Part shown: one piece after another, positions 39,543 to 51,593 of the stretch
Layout of the letters: each line of letters opens with the position of its first letter
Position numbering within the stretch: position 1 is the first letter of the stretch
From: Conidiobolus incongruus B7586
Lineage: Eukaryota
Reading direction: 5' to 3'
Assembly (NCBI GenBank): GCA_000697335.1
Contig: JNEM01006726.1
Span: 1 to 51,593 of the forward strand
Length of the DNA: 51,593 nucleotides
The notes under the pieces: generated by a model
Seen by the model: only the letters and a program-made list of their open reading frames with translations
Database searches by the model: none
Told to the model about the DNA's origin: nothing
Program-made: the position numbers and the translations under genes

Positions 39543-40107
39543 ATTCCAAAGATATTCTGTTTGGAAATCCAAAAAATCTGTTAAAAATTTTGAAAAAAAA
39601 AAATAAAACCAAATATTAAATATCTATATTGAGAAGTTTCAAATATCTACTTTATTCATATTAATTTTTTTAATTATAGCTTTTTTGTTATTAATTGTAA
39701 AATTTATATTTTATATTCATCACACTCCATACTCTTAGTCAATACTTCTGTTATATATATATTAACCAAAACCAATCAAATGTATCAATTTGTAATAATA
39801 CGCATTAAAACAATGTTCTTTGAACATTATAAATATTTTTATATAGGATCCATATTTCAAATATATTATTTATATAGGAATGATACAATTATACTTGAGC
39901 TGATTTATATTAAGATATAATGTCTGTTCAATACTAACTAAGTAACTAAATTTACAATTTTAATCATATAAAATAACAATTTAATAAATTTTTGTTATAA
40001 AATCAAATATTTAACAAATATTTTAATTTGAATTGATTGTGTTTTTTTAACAGATTTTTTAACAGACAATTTGTATTAAAAACACTCAAATTCAAAATTT
40101 TTCCTAT

Positions 40108-40114
40108 CCCATAA
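40108..40114 (+). promoter_or_regulatory. CCCATAA candidate promoter motif (RPL30)
   Basis: ATCCCATAAT, ~135 bp upstream of the ATG. Confidence 0.55.
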
Positions 40115-40241
40115 TTAAATATAAAAGACATGAGATTTAAATTTATTCTAAATTTTATTTTAAATAATCCTTTCACAGAAACGCTAAACCTTTCATTTTC
40201 TTAAGTTTTAGATTTTCTAACTTAATAATCAATAATCCAAA

Positions 40242-40574
40242 ATGGTGAGCACTAAGAAGAACAAAAAATCTACCGAATCTATCAACTCCCGTTTGGCTTT
40301 GGTTATGAAGAGTGGTAAATACAATTTGGGTTACCGTTCCACTCTCAAGTCCATCCGTCAAGGTACCGCTAAGTTAGTTATCATCTCTGGAAACTGCCCT
40401 CCCTTGAGAAAGTCCGAAATTGAATACTACGCTATGTTGTCTAAGACTGGTGTCCACCACTACACCGGTAACAACATTGAATTAGGTACCGCTTGTGGTA
40501 AATACTACCGCGTTGGTGTCCTCTCCGTCACTGACCCTGGTGACTCCGATATCATCAAGGATAACTCCGAATAA
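40242..40574 (+). CDS. RPL30: 60S ribosomal protein L30 (eL30), intronless CDS
   Basis: [50 protein letters not shown]; strong codon bias. Confidence 0.99.
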   Translation: MVSTKKNKKSTESINSRLALVMKSGKYNLGYRSTLKSIRQGTAKLVIISGNCPPLRKSEIEYYAMLSKTGVHHYTGNNIELGTACGKYYRVGVLSVTDPGDSDIIKDNSE

Positions 40575-41643
40575 GCTGATGTACAAATAGGTTCCAAAAC
40601 CAATAAAACTTTTGAGAAAGAGGTTTTTGCGAATCAAACCCCATTGAAAATAGCAGATGATCCCAAACTAGCTCTGTTTTACTATTAGATCGGTCTCATA
40701 ATTACTAAAAATACTCTATTTATATTAACCTCAAATATCTTTAGTGTGTCTAATTGAGATTCATTCTCTTTGAAAATTAGAATTAAATACACATAATAAT
40801 TAATCTTTACTGTCGAAATTATCGGATATGAGATGTTCATAGTACCTTTGTATTCTATATTAGGCATCTTTATAGTTTTAGAATTATTCCAAGTTCCCCT
40901 GGTAAATTTGAATTTACTCTTTAGCACTTATCAATTTTATATTTGATGCATATCTTCTGTTTGATTGGTTTTAATATGACGTTTTCTCAGTTATCAACTA
41001 AAGCACAGATTCTGATACTCTTTCTGTAAGTAGCCTTGAAATTTATACAGTTACTGATATATATATATATATTAACCCATTTTGTTTTGATACTTTTATT
41101 TACAATATTATCAAACTTTCACCAATTTAAATCTATGTATTAATATTTTCCAACATTGTTCATATTACATGACTTATTAATATCAAGCAATTTCATGAGA
41201 ATATCTTATTCACCAACTATATATCTACACTTATATTCAAAATTATTTTACATTTAATATTATTATTTTGAAGTTTGGTGATCTAATTCAAATCCATAAA
41301 TTGTTATTCGAATAATACATTTGAACAGTCTGAGAGATAAGAATGTATATATGATTTTGATTCAAGTATATATATATATATATTAAAAATTAAAGAACAC
41401 CAGTTATTAACTAAATATACATTGAACTTGAAATCTTTGTGATATCACATAAGCAACCTGGTTTTCATCTGTAATTTGAATATTTGATTAACTAAATATT
41501 CAAATCCAAAATCACAATTTATTTAATAATAAAAATAATCAATTTGAATTGTATTAATATTATTCCTAGTGAACTTTTATTTTATACATACATTAAATGA
41601 AATTTCTCAATACTTTAATTATGTTTAATATAAATGATTATTA

Positions 41644-43163
41644 TTAGTATTGAAATTAAGAAATGGTAAATTTTTTAATTTCTAATCTTTCAAACATATT
41701 ATCCATTTTGAAAGATTTTATATATATAAAATATATAGGAAAATAAATATTTTTAAACTATATATATATATATTCAATTTTAATTATTTTTTTATTAAAA
41801 TATTTTGATTTTAAAATTTACACTTAAATTTAATTATATTTAAATTAGATTGTGATTTTCAAAAGGTTTTGATTTTTGTATTTTTAAAACTTAATTATAA
41901 ACCCTTTAAAATTATTTAAAACTTGTAAACAACTTATAAAGATGGTATTTTATTTAAAACTACTATATATTACTAAATTTGTGATTTTAAAGTTAGAAGG
42001 GATATTATTTAAAATTTATTAAAATTTAAAAGATTAATTTCTATTATTTTTCTTTTACTTATTAATAAAGTAAAAAAAAATATTAAGAAATACCTTTTTA
42101 TTTCTATTAAAGAATTATTAAAGTAATTTAATATTAATTATATATTAACATGTAAAAGTAAGTTATAAAATCAAAAATATATATATTTTAATTAATAACT
42201 AAAACAATTATATATATTAAATTACTTAAAACTATAATATATAATTAAGATATATTATTTAATAATAAATAATTATATTTAAATATATTTAGTAAACTAA
42301 TAGCAAAAATATTAACCTTTAATATTTAATTAAAGTAAATTATAAATTTATAGGTTTTTAAGATAAAAGGATATATTTAATAATATATAATTATATATTT
42401 TTTCTCTCTTTATTATTATTTTATATAATATTTTATAAATATACTAAATTTTTTTATTAGTATTATTATATTTAAATCCCTCTCTAAAAAAATCTATTTG
42501 TGTATTAATTAACTTTATAAAAAAAGTAAATCAACTTATAATTTATTAAAATTATTAGTGTTAGTTAATTTACTATAGTTAAAGTTATTAAGAATAACAA
42601 TAAAAAAACATTTAAACTTAAACTTAAGTGTGTTAAAATTATAATAAATTATAATGATATATAATTTTCTTATTTAATATCTTAAAGAAAATTAATTAAT
42701 AATAAATTATATATTATTTTTTTAAATATAATAATTTTTAAATAGTATTTATAATATAAATTAAAAACACCTATTATTTTATATAATAATTGTAAAATAT
42801 ATAAAGTTAAAACTATAAAAGATTTTTTATATAAAAAAAAATAAAGAGAGTTACTATACTTAATATATTTATTTAATTATAACTTATGTGATTATAATTG
42901 TTTTAAACAATTAAAAAAATAACTTACAATTAAAAAAATTCTTACAAATAAATTAAATTAGTTTGTGAAATATTAAATTTCAGTTTTTAATAAAAAGAAT
43001 TATTTTTTAAGTATTAGAAGCTTATTAAAGGTATAAAAAAGAGTTATTAATAATAAAAAAAGTTATTAATTTTATATTATTCATTAATTTTTATATATTA
43101 TTTATTAATTTATTTGTTTAATTTTAATTTCAAAATTGTGCCATTATTTAATTTCTACACTAA
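41644..43163 (+). mobile_element. Mariner element copy 2 (1520 bp), hypermutated, with a non-homologous internal segment
   Basis: TIRs TTAGTATTGAAATTAAGAAATGG / CCATTATTTAATTTCTACACTAA flanked by TA. Collinear with copy 1 except ~42145-42630. Shares CCTATTATTTTATATAATAATT and TATAACTTATGTGATTATAATTGTTTTAA with copy 1. Confidence 0.85.
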
Positions 43164-44107
43164 TATTATTGCTTTTCAAAATAGAATTATTCCTTAAATT
43201 TTATTAAGTTAATTTAAAAATATTCAAAGATAATCAAACAACTTTAATTTATCATTCAGACTTTCATATATATAATAAATATTAAAGATAAATTATATTT
43301 ACTTTTAATTGATACAAATATTTCTAAAATAAATATACAACTTAATTACTTTATTATATCCAGAATTTATTTCCAATAACTAAGTTATTTTGATATTGAT
43401 TTTAATCTAATTTTTAAACAAAATCTCATTTTTATATTGAAATTATAACACTAAACTCACAATTATATATTTTAGATTTTTTCCAAATAAATTTATTTAA
43501 ATATATAGCTATTATAATAATATTACTTGAACACTTAATGTTCAAATAATTAAATTCGTTAACTGATTTATTTAATCAAACAATAATCCTTTAAATATAT
43601 GAATCAGAATATAATTAAGATACAACATTTGAAATGATTATAAATAAAATTAAACAGAATTCAGATTATAGATAATTAAAAAACATAGATTAAAGTTAAT
43701 ATGTGATTTAATATAGCTTCTTATGTAAAGTTTTCATTTATTACACGATTGTGGAATAATCAGCAATAATTAAATAATATTATACTTGATATTTTTCCAT
43801 TATATGAGAATAATAATATATTATTTAAATATTAACTTTTAAATATATATAACAAAATGCTGTAATTTTATTCAAATTGATATTCAATTATTTGATCAAA
43901 TGATTAGATTTATTCAAAGATTGATAATGAAAAATCCCACAAATTTCCTTAGATTGAATCAAATTTAAATATGAATTATTAATAGTAATGATTAAACCCA
44001 TTAAACACTTCAAAAATAACAGATTGATCAATTAAAAATTTAATCAACCTTGATATAATTAAAGGAAATTAATTATTAAAACTAATTATTAATCAGCGAA
44101 AATCAAT

Positions 44108-44587
44108 ATGTTGCGTTTAACTGCTACTGTCACTCCCATCAGATTAATTTCCAACAATTTTGCTAGAGCTTACTCCTCCAATACCATTCAAGTTCCCGCC
44201 AAGCGTCCCACCGACGAAGTTATTCAAGCCGATATTGTGAGTGCAGCTCCAGAAGAATTAAAATTGCGTACTGTCCGTATCTTCCAACCCACCCGCAATG
44301 TGATGCAAAGTGGTGTAAATGCCACCCGCAAATGGCGTTTAGATTTCGATATATTAGAGGGAAGTGCCCGCTGGGAGAACCCTTTAATGGGATGGGCCTC
44401 TACTAGCGACGCTGTCCAAGGCCTCAGAATGAATTTTAAGACTAAAGAAGAGGCTATTCTCTTCGCCGAAAAGCAAGGTTGGAACTACTATGTTCAAGAA
44501 CCTCACCAACCTAAATTTCGTAAAAAATTATACGCCAATAACTATAAGCACTCCTACGGTCCTTTGAAAATTCATCATACTAAATAA
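44108..44587 (+). CDS. NDUFS4: Complex I accessory subunit NDUFS4 (NUYM), mitochondrial
   Basis: RTVRIFQPTRNVMQSG, WENPLMGWAST, FKTKEEAILFAEKQGWNYYV. Confidence 0.97.
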   Translation: MLRLTATVTPIRLISNNFARAYSSNTIQVPAKRPTDEVIQADIVSAAPEELKLRTVRIFQPTRNVMQSGVNATRKWRLDFDILEGSARWENPLMGWASTSDAVQGLRMNFKTKEEAILFAEKQGWNYYVQEPHQPKFRKKLYANNYKHSYGPLKIHHTK

Positions 44588-45216
44588 TTTGTTGATATTT
44601 GGTTTGAATGATTTCAAAATATATAAATAATAGTCGAAATTCATTAATCATTACTAATTTTATACATGTATTGTATATCAATTTATTAGTCCACTTAAAC
44701 TGTATATTATCATAAAATATTACCGTCATTTCTTCTGTGTTAATTAATTAAATATATATTAGAATAATATTATAATTTAACCAGATCAAAATTTGATATA
44801 ATTTTATCATGAAATCCTACATATATTTATATTCAAATTATATTTAATCAATTCAATGACATGTTGATCATTCTGAAATCTAATTATAGTCCAATGCTAT
44901 TGAGAATTATGTATTTATTTATGATTTTTAACTCAATATTTTTGTAATCAGAAGTATTAATGCAACACATATTGTGAATTTATATTTAATTACAGAACTA
45001 GTAAAGATTAAGAATAAATATAAAAGTGATTTTTTCAATATTAAATGAATGATTTATTAAATAAAAATGAAAAATTAAATATTGATCATGATTAACTAAT
45101 GAAAGTGACTAGTTCAATATGGAAATGGTGATTCGACGAAGTTTATAGCCATGTTAAAATCAATTTATTATCTTTTGTTATATGAAAATCAAGTAAGTTA
45201 AATTATCGAATATAAA

Positions 45217-48200
45217 TTATCTTCTTTTACAAAAGCATCCACAATCGCTTACAGGACATTGATTGTGAAGTTTAAACCAGTCCAATAAATGATCGGAGTG
45301 ACCGCCATGACGACAAGTTTGACACCAACTGAACCAACCGGAATCGCCAAGTGGTAATAGACACAGGCAGCAGTTGGGTAGTGGCTTTTTACAGTGAGGA
45401 CACACCGTACTCTTAATGACTTGAGCACCAGATGCCGATGGTGGATTAGGTGTTGTAGGAGTGTGACCCTTCTTCGATTTGATACCCAATTGATGTTGAT
45501 TGAGATTAGTCTGCTGCTGAATTAGGGGATGGTTACAGAAATTACATCTCACAACGATCTGAGGCTGGACCAAGGGTTCTGAACTTACTACGGTTTTAGA
45601 ACTACGTTTCGCCCTCTCAATGTCCAACTTCACCCTGAGTCGGAACATACCCCAACAGTCCAAAAGTTTCCTGTACTCCATGGTCCAGTTGTTCACGCGG
45701 GGATTGTCGCGGAACACTTTGTTGTGACTTGGTACTAAACTGGTTAACAGACTTACAGTTTGAATATCGCCGGTAGCGTCCAAGTAATCCTGAAGAACTT
45801 CAATGCCTTTGGATGAGTTGATACCCGTGATGAGTAGTTGATTAATGGCACCGATTGGGGCCTGTTCAAATAGATTCTTTAGCCAGTAGGCCACTTCCAA
45901 ATCACTTAGCCATATGATCACAATTTGCAATTTGTTGACGAGTGGCAGACTGGGAATACTGAGTATGGAGGTCCATTGTCTTGAAATAGAATAAGTAAAG
46001 AGTGCGAGGAGGTAGGGATCGTTCAATTGGTCCATCAGTTTGCGGCATCCTTCAATCCACAGTGAGTCTTGGGGATTGGCATTGGTCAATGTGAGAGAAA
46101 TCAGTTGAAGTCTTTCGACTAATGCAATGTATTAGTTAAATATTAGTGATAACAAGTATATTATACTACCTCCAGAATTCTTCAAAACTCTCAATCCCCT
46201 ATCAAAATTAATTAATGTAAATCCTAAGAAACTGGCCAATTCGTAACGTTTTAAAGTTTCCAACCTAAATATTGTGATGGTTAATATTTAGATAGTTACT
46301 AAAATTATTTTCAAATTACTTCAAAATTTCTTTTTCTACTTGAGCCACATCTATCAAAGAACTCCAGTTATTAGATACCTGAGCGGTATCGATCTCCTTC
46401 TTGGGGAAGCAGTTGTACCACTCCATCACCACTCTCCTGATCTCAGTCTTCATAGCGATCGGGTTGGTATTGATGCCAGATGCTGGTTGCTTGGCATTAG
46501 GTCTATCGATATGACTACTAGCACTCTTGCGCATCTGGTATCCGTCCAAATGGTTGAGCTGCATATTGTAATGTGATAAATGATGATCTGAAGTAGATGC
46601 TTGGCTCATTTCGATAGCAATCGACGTTGTCGAAGGATTGCCCGAGAAGGATTGGAATCTGGGTAGTGACGTATTAACTTGGGATGGTGAGGGGTATCTC
46701 GAGAAGAATACTTTCTCGGGCTCTACCAACAAATTCCACAAGCTTTGGTAATTGATTTCCACGCCAGATACTTTGCTTTTGCCGTCTTGGTAGCACCGCT
46801 CTGCGCGTTGCACCCATTCCCACACTTCTCGAAGTTCAGGATTGTTGATTACGAGACCGATATTGAAGCGGGGATCGGTGTGGTAACCGGCTTGGGACCG
46901 GTGCAGCATGACTTCGGAGATATCCGGTTCAAAATCGTTGGGATCGTGGTGAATCATAGCAAGGTTTTTAACGTGAGGTTGATTCGTTTTAATAGGCTGG
47001 TGGTAGTTTTGAATAATATTGGAGCTGATGGGGACAGATTGCTTGCGGTGAAATAGAGCAGCCTGAGGATCTGGTGTAAGGGGAATGGCGACAGATTTCT
47101 TTCTTTGAGCACGTGTTCGAGCACTGGCTTGTACTTGGTTAGGGTGTGATTCGAACACTGTGTCAGCACTGAATTTCAAGCCCTGTTGGGATGCTTGAGA
47201 GTTTGTAGGAGGTTGTACAGGTACTGATGGCGGCGATATGGTAGTGAATAAAGCAATCTGATTGGGTGCTTGGACAGCTAGTCCACAATTTGGAGCCCAG
47301 CTAAAACAAGGAGCATTGATAGCCTTGACTAGTTTCAAATTGCCACCTTCCCCTCCAAACACGACAAGCTCACTACCAGAAAGATTACCCCTAGCACTAG
47401 AATCCTGAATAGGTACCCAACAGACAGCATTCGCATCAGGAATATCCAACTCAAGAGTTCGCTCCAAAATCATCACTTCATCCTGGAAGCTATTGGATCT
47501 TCCATTCTCATTAATAGAAAGTAAAGACTTGTGCATAGATTTATCTTCACTCCAATCAATCAAATTCAAATCAAACACCTTCATATTATGAGTATCTCTA
47601 TTAAGTGCAACTAATCGATCCTTGCGAATAGGACAATAACTCAACTGAGCGGCATCCAACTTACATTCCCAATGGAAACTAAATACAGGATCTAGTCCCA
47701 TCTTACGATCGTCCCAAATCTTGATCAAATTATCGTCGCCAAAGGACATGAGAGTGTGGTGATGGAAGGGATTCGACTGGACGCAGTACACCGACTTAGT
47801 AGTGAACGATTGGGATGATCCCGACATGTGATTGTCCCTCAAATCGTGACGTCGAATCATCTTCCTGTACGGAGATCCCGACCACAGTTGGTGCGGCTGA
47901 TGGGGGATCCAAGCGACCGATACCACTTGGTCATTCGTCAGACTCGAGTGTATCGGGCTGAGTTCGGATGGACGGTCGTGTAGACTGACATCCCAGATCA
48001 ACAGCGAGTTATCGGTTCTACTGCGATCGAAACCCCCAGCAAGCAGATTAGGTGTGAGGGATGAAAAATGTAGCTGATGGCATATACGACTGCTTCTGGG
48101 ATTTAGGATTGGTAGGGGGGGTGGTGTGACAACTTCAGTAGGTGATAATAGCGGAGGAGTGGGGAATGGTGGATGGAGATTCAAAGGTCTAGGTATTGGC

Positions 48201-48574
48201 AACTGTGGCAAATTTAACAGAGCTAGTTTTCCATTCGTATGTGCTAATGCTATCAGATTAGGAGTATTGGGGTTTGGAGACCAGTCAAAAGACTATAATA
48301 TGTCAGTTATGTTTTTCAATTTGGTTATTGAATTTAATTACCTTGATAGGATTAGGTTCCGAATGCATACCAATCAGTTGAAATTTACCAACCTGATCGC
48401 TATTTCCATTCGACCTCTAAAAACATATATTAATTCAGTAATCAATTATATTATAGAATTAATTACACTGGGAGGGTTAATATATTCATAAAGTCTAATT
48501 CCATTCGTCTCACCAACCAAACACTGAGTTCTATGAGAACCGTGAGGTGACCATATAATTTGAGGTAAACTCAT
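45217..48574 (-). CDS. SEA4: GATOR2/SEACAT subunit MIOS/Sea4; exons 48574-48467, 48416-48342, 48292-46320, 46264-46170, 46118-45217
   Basis: N-terminal WD40 (LLAGGFDRSRTDNSLLIWD); LNDPYLLALF; LQDYLDATGDIQT; C-terminal zinc finger/RING CPHCKKPLPNCCLC..WFSWCQTCRHGGHSDHLLDWF..CPVSDCGC. Confidence 0.94.
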
Positions 48575-48878
48575 ATTTATCAATAATAATTATTATGTTA
48601 TAATAATCTCTATGATTATATAAATTGATTTAATTGTTTAATAATTTATAATGAATTTTAATAAAATTAAAGTGACCGTTTTTACCAATTTAATTTAAAT
48701 CATTTTATTTTATTGTTGTCAAAATGTGGGACAAATTAAAATAATTTTTTAAATTTGATTTGTATAAAAATTCCATAAAATATTAAGATAAATTAAATAT
48801 TAAAATGTATAATAATAATTTATTTATTACACTTATTAGAATAAAACATAACCGACAATTAAAAACATAACCCAATAA

Positions 48879-51593
48879 TCATAAAGATTCGATAGGGAAT
48901 TTTTCAATTTCTGACAATTGTCTAAATTATCATTAATATAGGTGATTAATCAAATAATTTAAAAAACTTACCCAACTTTCTTAATTCTAAAAAAATGTTC
49001 AGCGAAGCTAGATTTTCCAAACATTGAGGTAAACATTTCGTCGTGAGTAATTACTATAAGTTGGAAATTCTTTTGGGATTGGCGTGATTCGATGATACTA
49101 AATTATTAAAATAAATAAGAGGATCTAATAATAAATATATAATTTACTTTTTGAGGCTTTGTGCTAAAGCTTGAATATTGTCATAATCCAAATTGGTCGT
49201 AGGTTCGTCGAGTGCTAAAATGCCACACTTGGAACTGAAAGCATCCGCTAACGCGAGTCGAATAATGATAGAGGCGAGGACTTTTTGACCCGCACTGCAT
49301 CTTCCTCTCATATCGAGTTCTAAGTCACCTTTAACCATTACAACCTAAGGAATCAATTAATTGAATCATACTAAAAACTGAATTGATACATACTCTGTAA
49401 TTGTATGAACGATTAGCTACATTTGTCTCCAAATTGGTTTTAATTTCAATTGTATCAATATCTGAAATAAAACCATTAATATATTATAATAAAATTCATT
49501 CAATTGTGGTTACCTGTTCCCTGGTAAGTATTAGCCCAAAGCTCTCGAATAATTTTATTAATTTCTTCCATTTTTCGAGTGTGATATTTCACAATTGATC
49601 TAAATTAAATATTAATAAACAGTAAAAATTGAATAATGAATTATATTTACGCATCTAAATTTTTAATATAGAGGTCGAGATCGTGATTAATCATTGCTAA
49701 ACTCTAAATAAAATTAATCAACAATTCTATTAATGGTAAATATACAAATACTTCTACTAATACGCACTGCTGATTACACCTCTCAATTGAAGACTTGTAA
49801 TCAGTTGCCAATTGAGTTTTGTTACGATCGATTTCTTCCACTAGTTGAGTAATTTGTCCCATTAGAATAGCTCTCTAACCATATTAAATAAGTCATTGAT
49901 CATTAAACTATAATCTAATAATTACTTTATCCATCAACTGATTCAACTTCTGGCTCGCTTCCATCATCTCACTTTGAATGGACTCCAAATGAATTTCACT
50001 TAATTTACACTCTTTCTCCCTAATTTCGGTATCCAAACCATCTCTCTCTCTGATAAATTTGATAAGGTCTAAATTATCCTGCAGATTCTTTTTCACTCTA
50101 TTCATTGAAGATAATAAATTCTCAAGTTCTTTGATTTTGGTTTGGTTTGATTCGGCCTCTTGCTTCAGTTCATCCTGTTTGAGTTCAATATCTTCAATTT
50201 GTTGTGCGCATTGTTGAAGAGATTGAGAAATGTTGGACGTGTCAATACTAAATTGAAAAATAAGTAAAAATATATTGATATTATTAATGTTATAATACCT
50301 GTTTATATCAGCTTCAATTGATTGATATCTAGATTTGTGTCTATATAAACCTGATAACTTATGTTGTAAACGCTTTTCATTCTCGTCGTTCATTTTTTCC
50401 AACTCTTCAATCGAATTCTCCGTTTGTTTAATATCTAAATTCACTTCAGTCTGTCTTGAAGTTTGTCTCTCTATTGTAGTTTTTAAATTCTGAATTTCTG
50501 TAATTAAATTGGCTTCAGTTTCTTTTAATTTGGTCCGTTGTTTCAATTGGAGTTCGGTATAGTCGTAAGTCTGTTGGAGTCCTTTTAGAGAGTGCTCAGT
50601 TTCAGATATGGATAATTTGAGTTTTGTGTGCTCTTCTTTCTGTTGGGAGATTTGGGATCTGAGCTCGGCACTAAATCAAAAAATTAGTAAATATCACTAA
50701 ATTAGAATATGTTAATTTACCATTTGTGCTGAAGTTTCTTAAATTCGGATTGACTGCCTTGAGCATTGTCAATATGTTCATCCTTTGGCAATGAGTCAAT
50801 TTCTGTTTGTATCTGTTTCAATTTAGATTGAAGCGAAATAATTTCTTCGACCTTTTGGTGCAAATTCTTTAATTTGGAATATTTTGTTTCAAGAGCTTCT
50901 AATTCTGAATTAAACTATTTAATTCATTAATATTAATGGATCCATCACTATCAATATAAATTAAATTACTTCAACAGAGTCCTTCTTATTTCGTTCGTAT
51001 TTGAGTTGATTCAATTTAATCATACTTTCCAACTCCTTTAACTCCACCATTTTAATATGATTCAATTCGTTGTAAAGTGGTAATAGTTCTTTCATTCTGG
51101 ATCTCTTCCTTTCAGTCTCTACGATTTCCTTTTCTAAAATCTCAATTCTAGTATTTAAAGTAGTATTTTGAGCTTTTATCTATATTTTATATTAGCAAAA
51201 TTGTATTATATGTAAATAATTATAATTAATCACTCTATTTAAAAAGTTCCTAAAATCATTAGAATTATCGAATTTTCGATCGCAGAGGGGACATTCGTGA
51301 TCGTAAGAAATAGATTCATCCGTGAAATGCGAATAAATTTCTAATTTGGATTTGAGAGTTGATATTTCCCTATAAAATAAATTAGTGCAAACTCATAATA
51401 TTATAATTAATCATTACTTAATCTTCAATTCCCAACTCTCATTAATTTCGTTAAACAAATTTAAAAATTGATCAAATTCCGAAACTTCTAAAATTTTAGT
51501 ATGTCTTTGGTTAAAATCCAATTGCTTCTTGCTCAAATCTTTTTGTAATTTTTGTAATTGGGATTCTGCTAAGATTAAATTTTGGCTCTGTTC
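48879..51593 (-). CDS. RAD50: DNA repair ATPase Rad50, 3' portion (multi-exon, continues beyond the window)
   Basis: Zinc hook CPLC near 51285; coiled coil; [46 protein letters not shown]; stop TGA at 48879-48881. Confidence 0.96.

Noticed and set aside
40575..40930. Possible snoRNA after RPL30 and an 80-aa minus-strand ORF
   Set aside because: No convincing C/D or H/ACA box pair; the ORF lacks recognisable features.
1..51593. CRISPR arrays, rRNA, tRNA, non-canonical introns, alternative genetic code
   Set aside because: None seen. All resolved introns are GT-AG and intact genes translate with the standard code, so the stops in relics are real lesions.

Overview
Very AT-rich eukaryotic DNA with short (~50 bp) GT-AG introns. 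Gene content and architecture point to an early-diverging fungus, possibly Zoopagomycota/Conidiobolus-like; this is inference and cannot be proven from the window. Intact genes: a 57-aa membrane microprotein, PRS5-type PRPP synthetase, a 4E-T/Eap1-like eIF4E-binding protein, DBF4, malonyl-CoA decarboxylase, Raptor/KOG1, a BAR-SH3 protein with a Cys/His tail, MGE1, a hidden 5-exon Swi5/Sae3-like gene, RPL30, NDUFS4, MIOS/SEA4 and the 3' half of RAD50. Relics: a two-module AAA-ATPase pseudogene, a pogo/Tigger transposase fragment and two TIR-bounded mariner (DD34D) copies. The most notable signal is that both mariner copies have been erased mostly by inferred C->T/G->A transitions while keeping their TIRs and catalytic spacing, a RIP-like pattern. 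Second, an oriented CCCATAA motif lies upstream of many genes.
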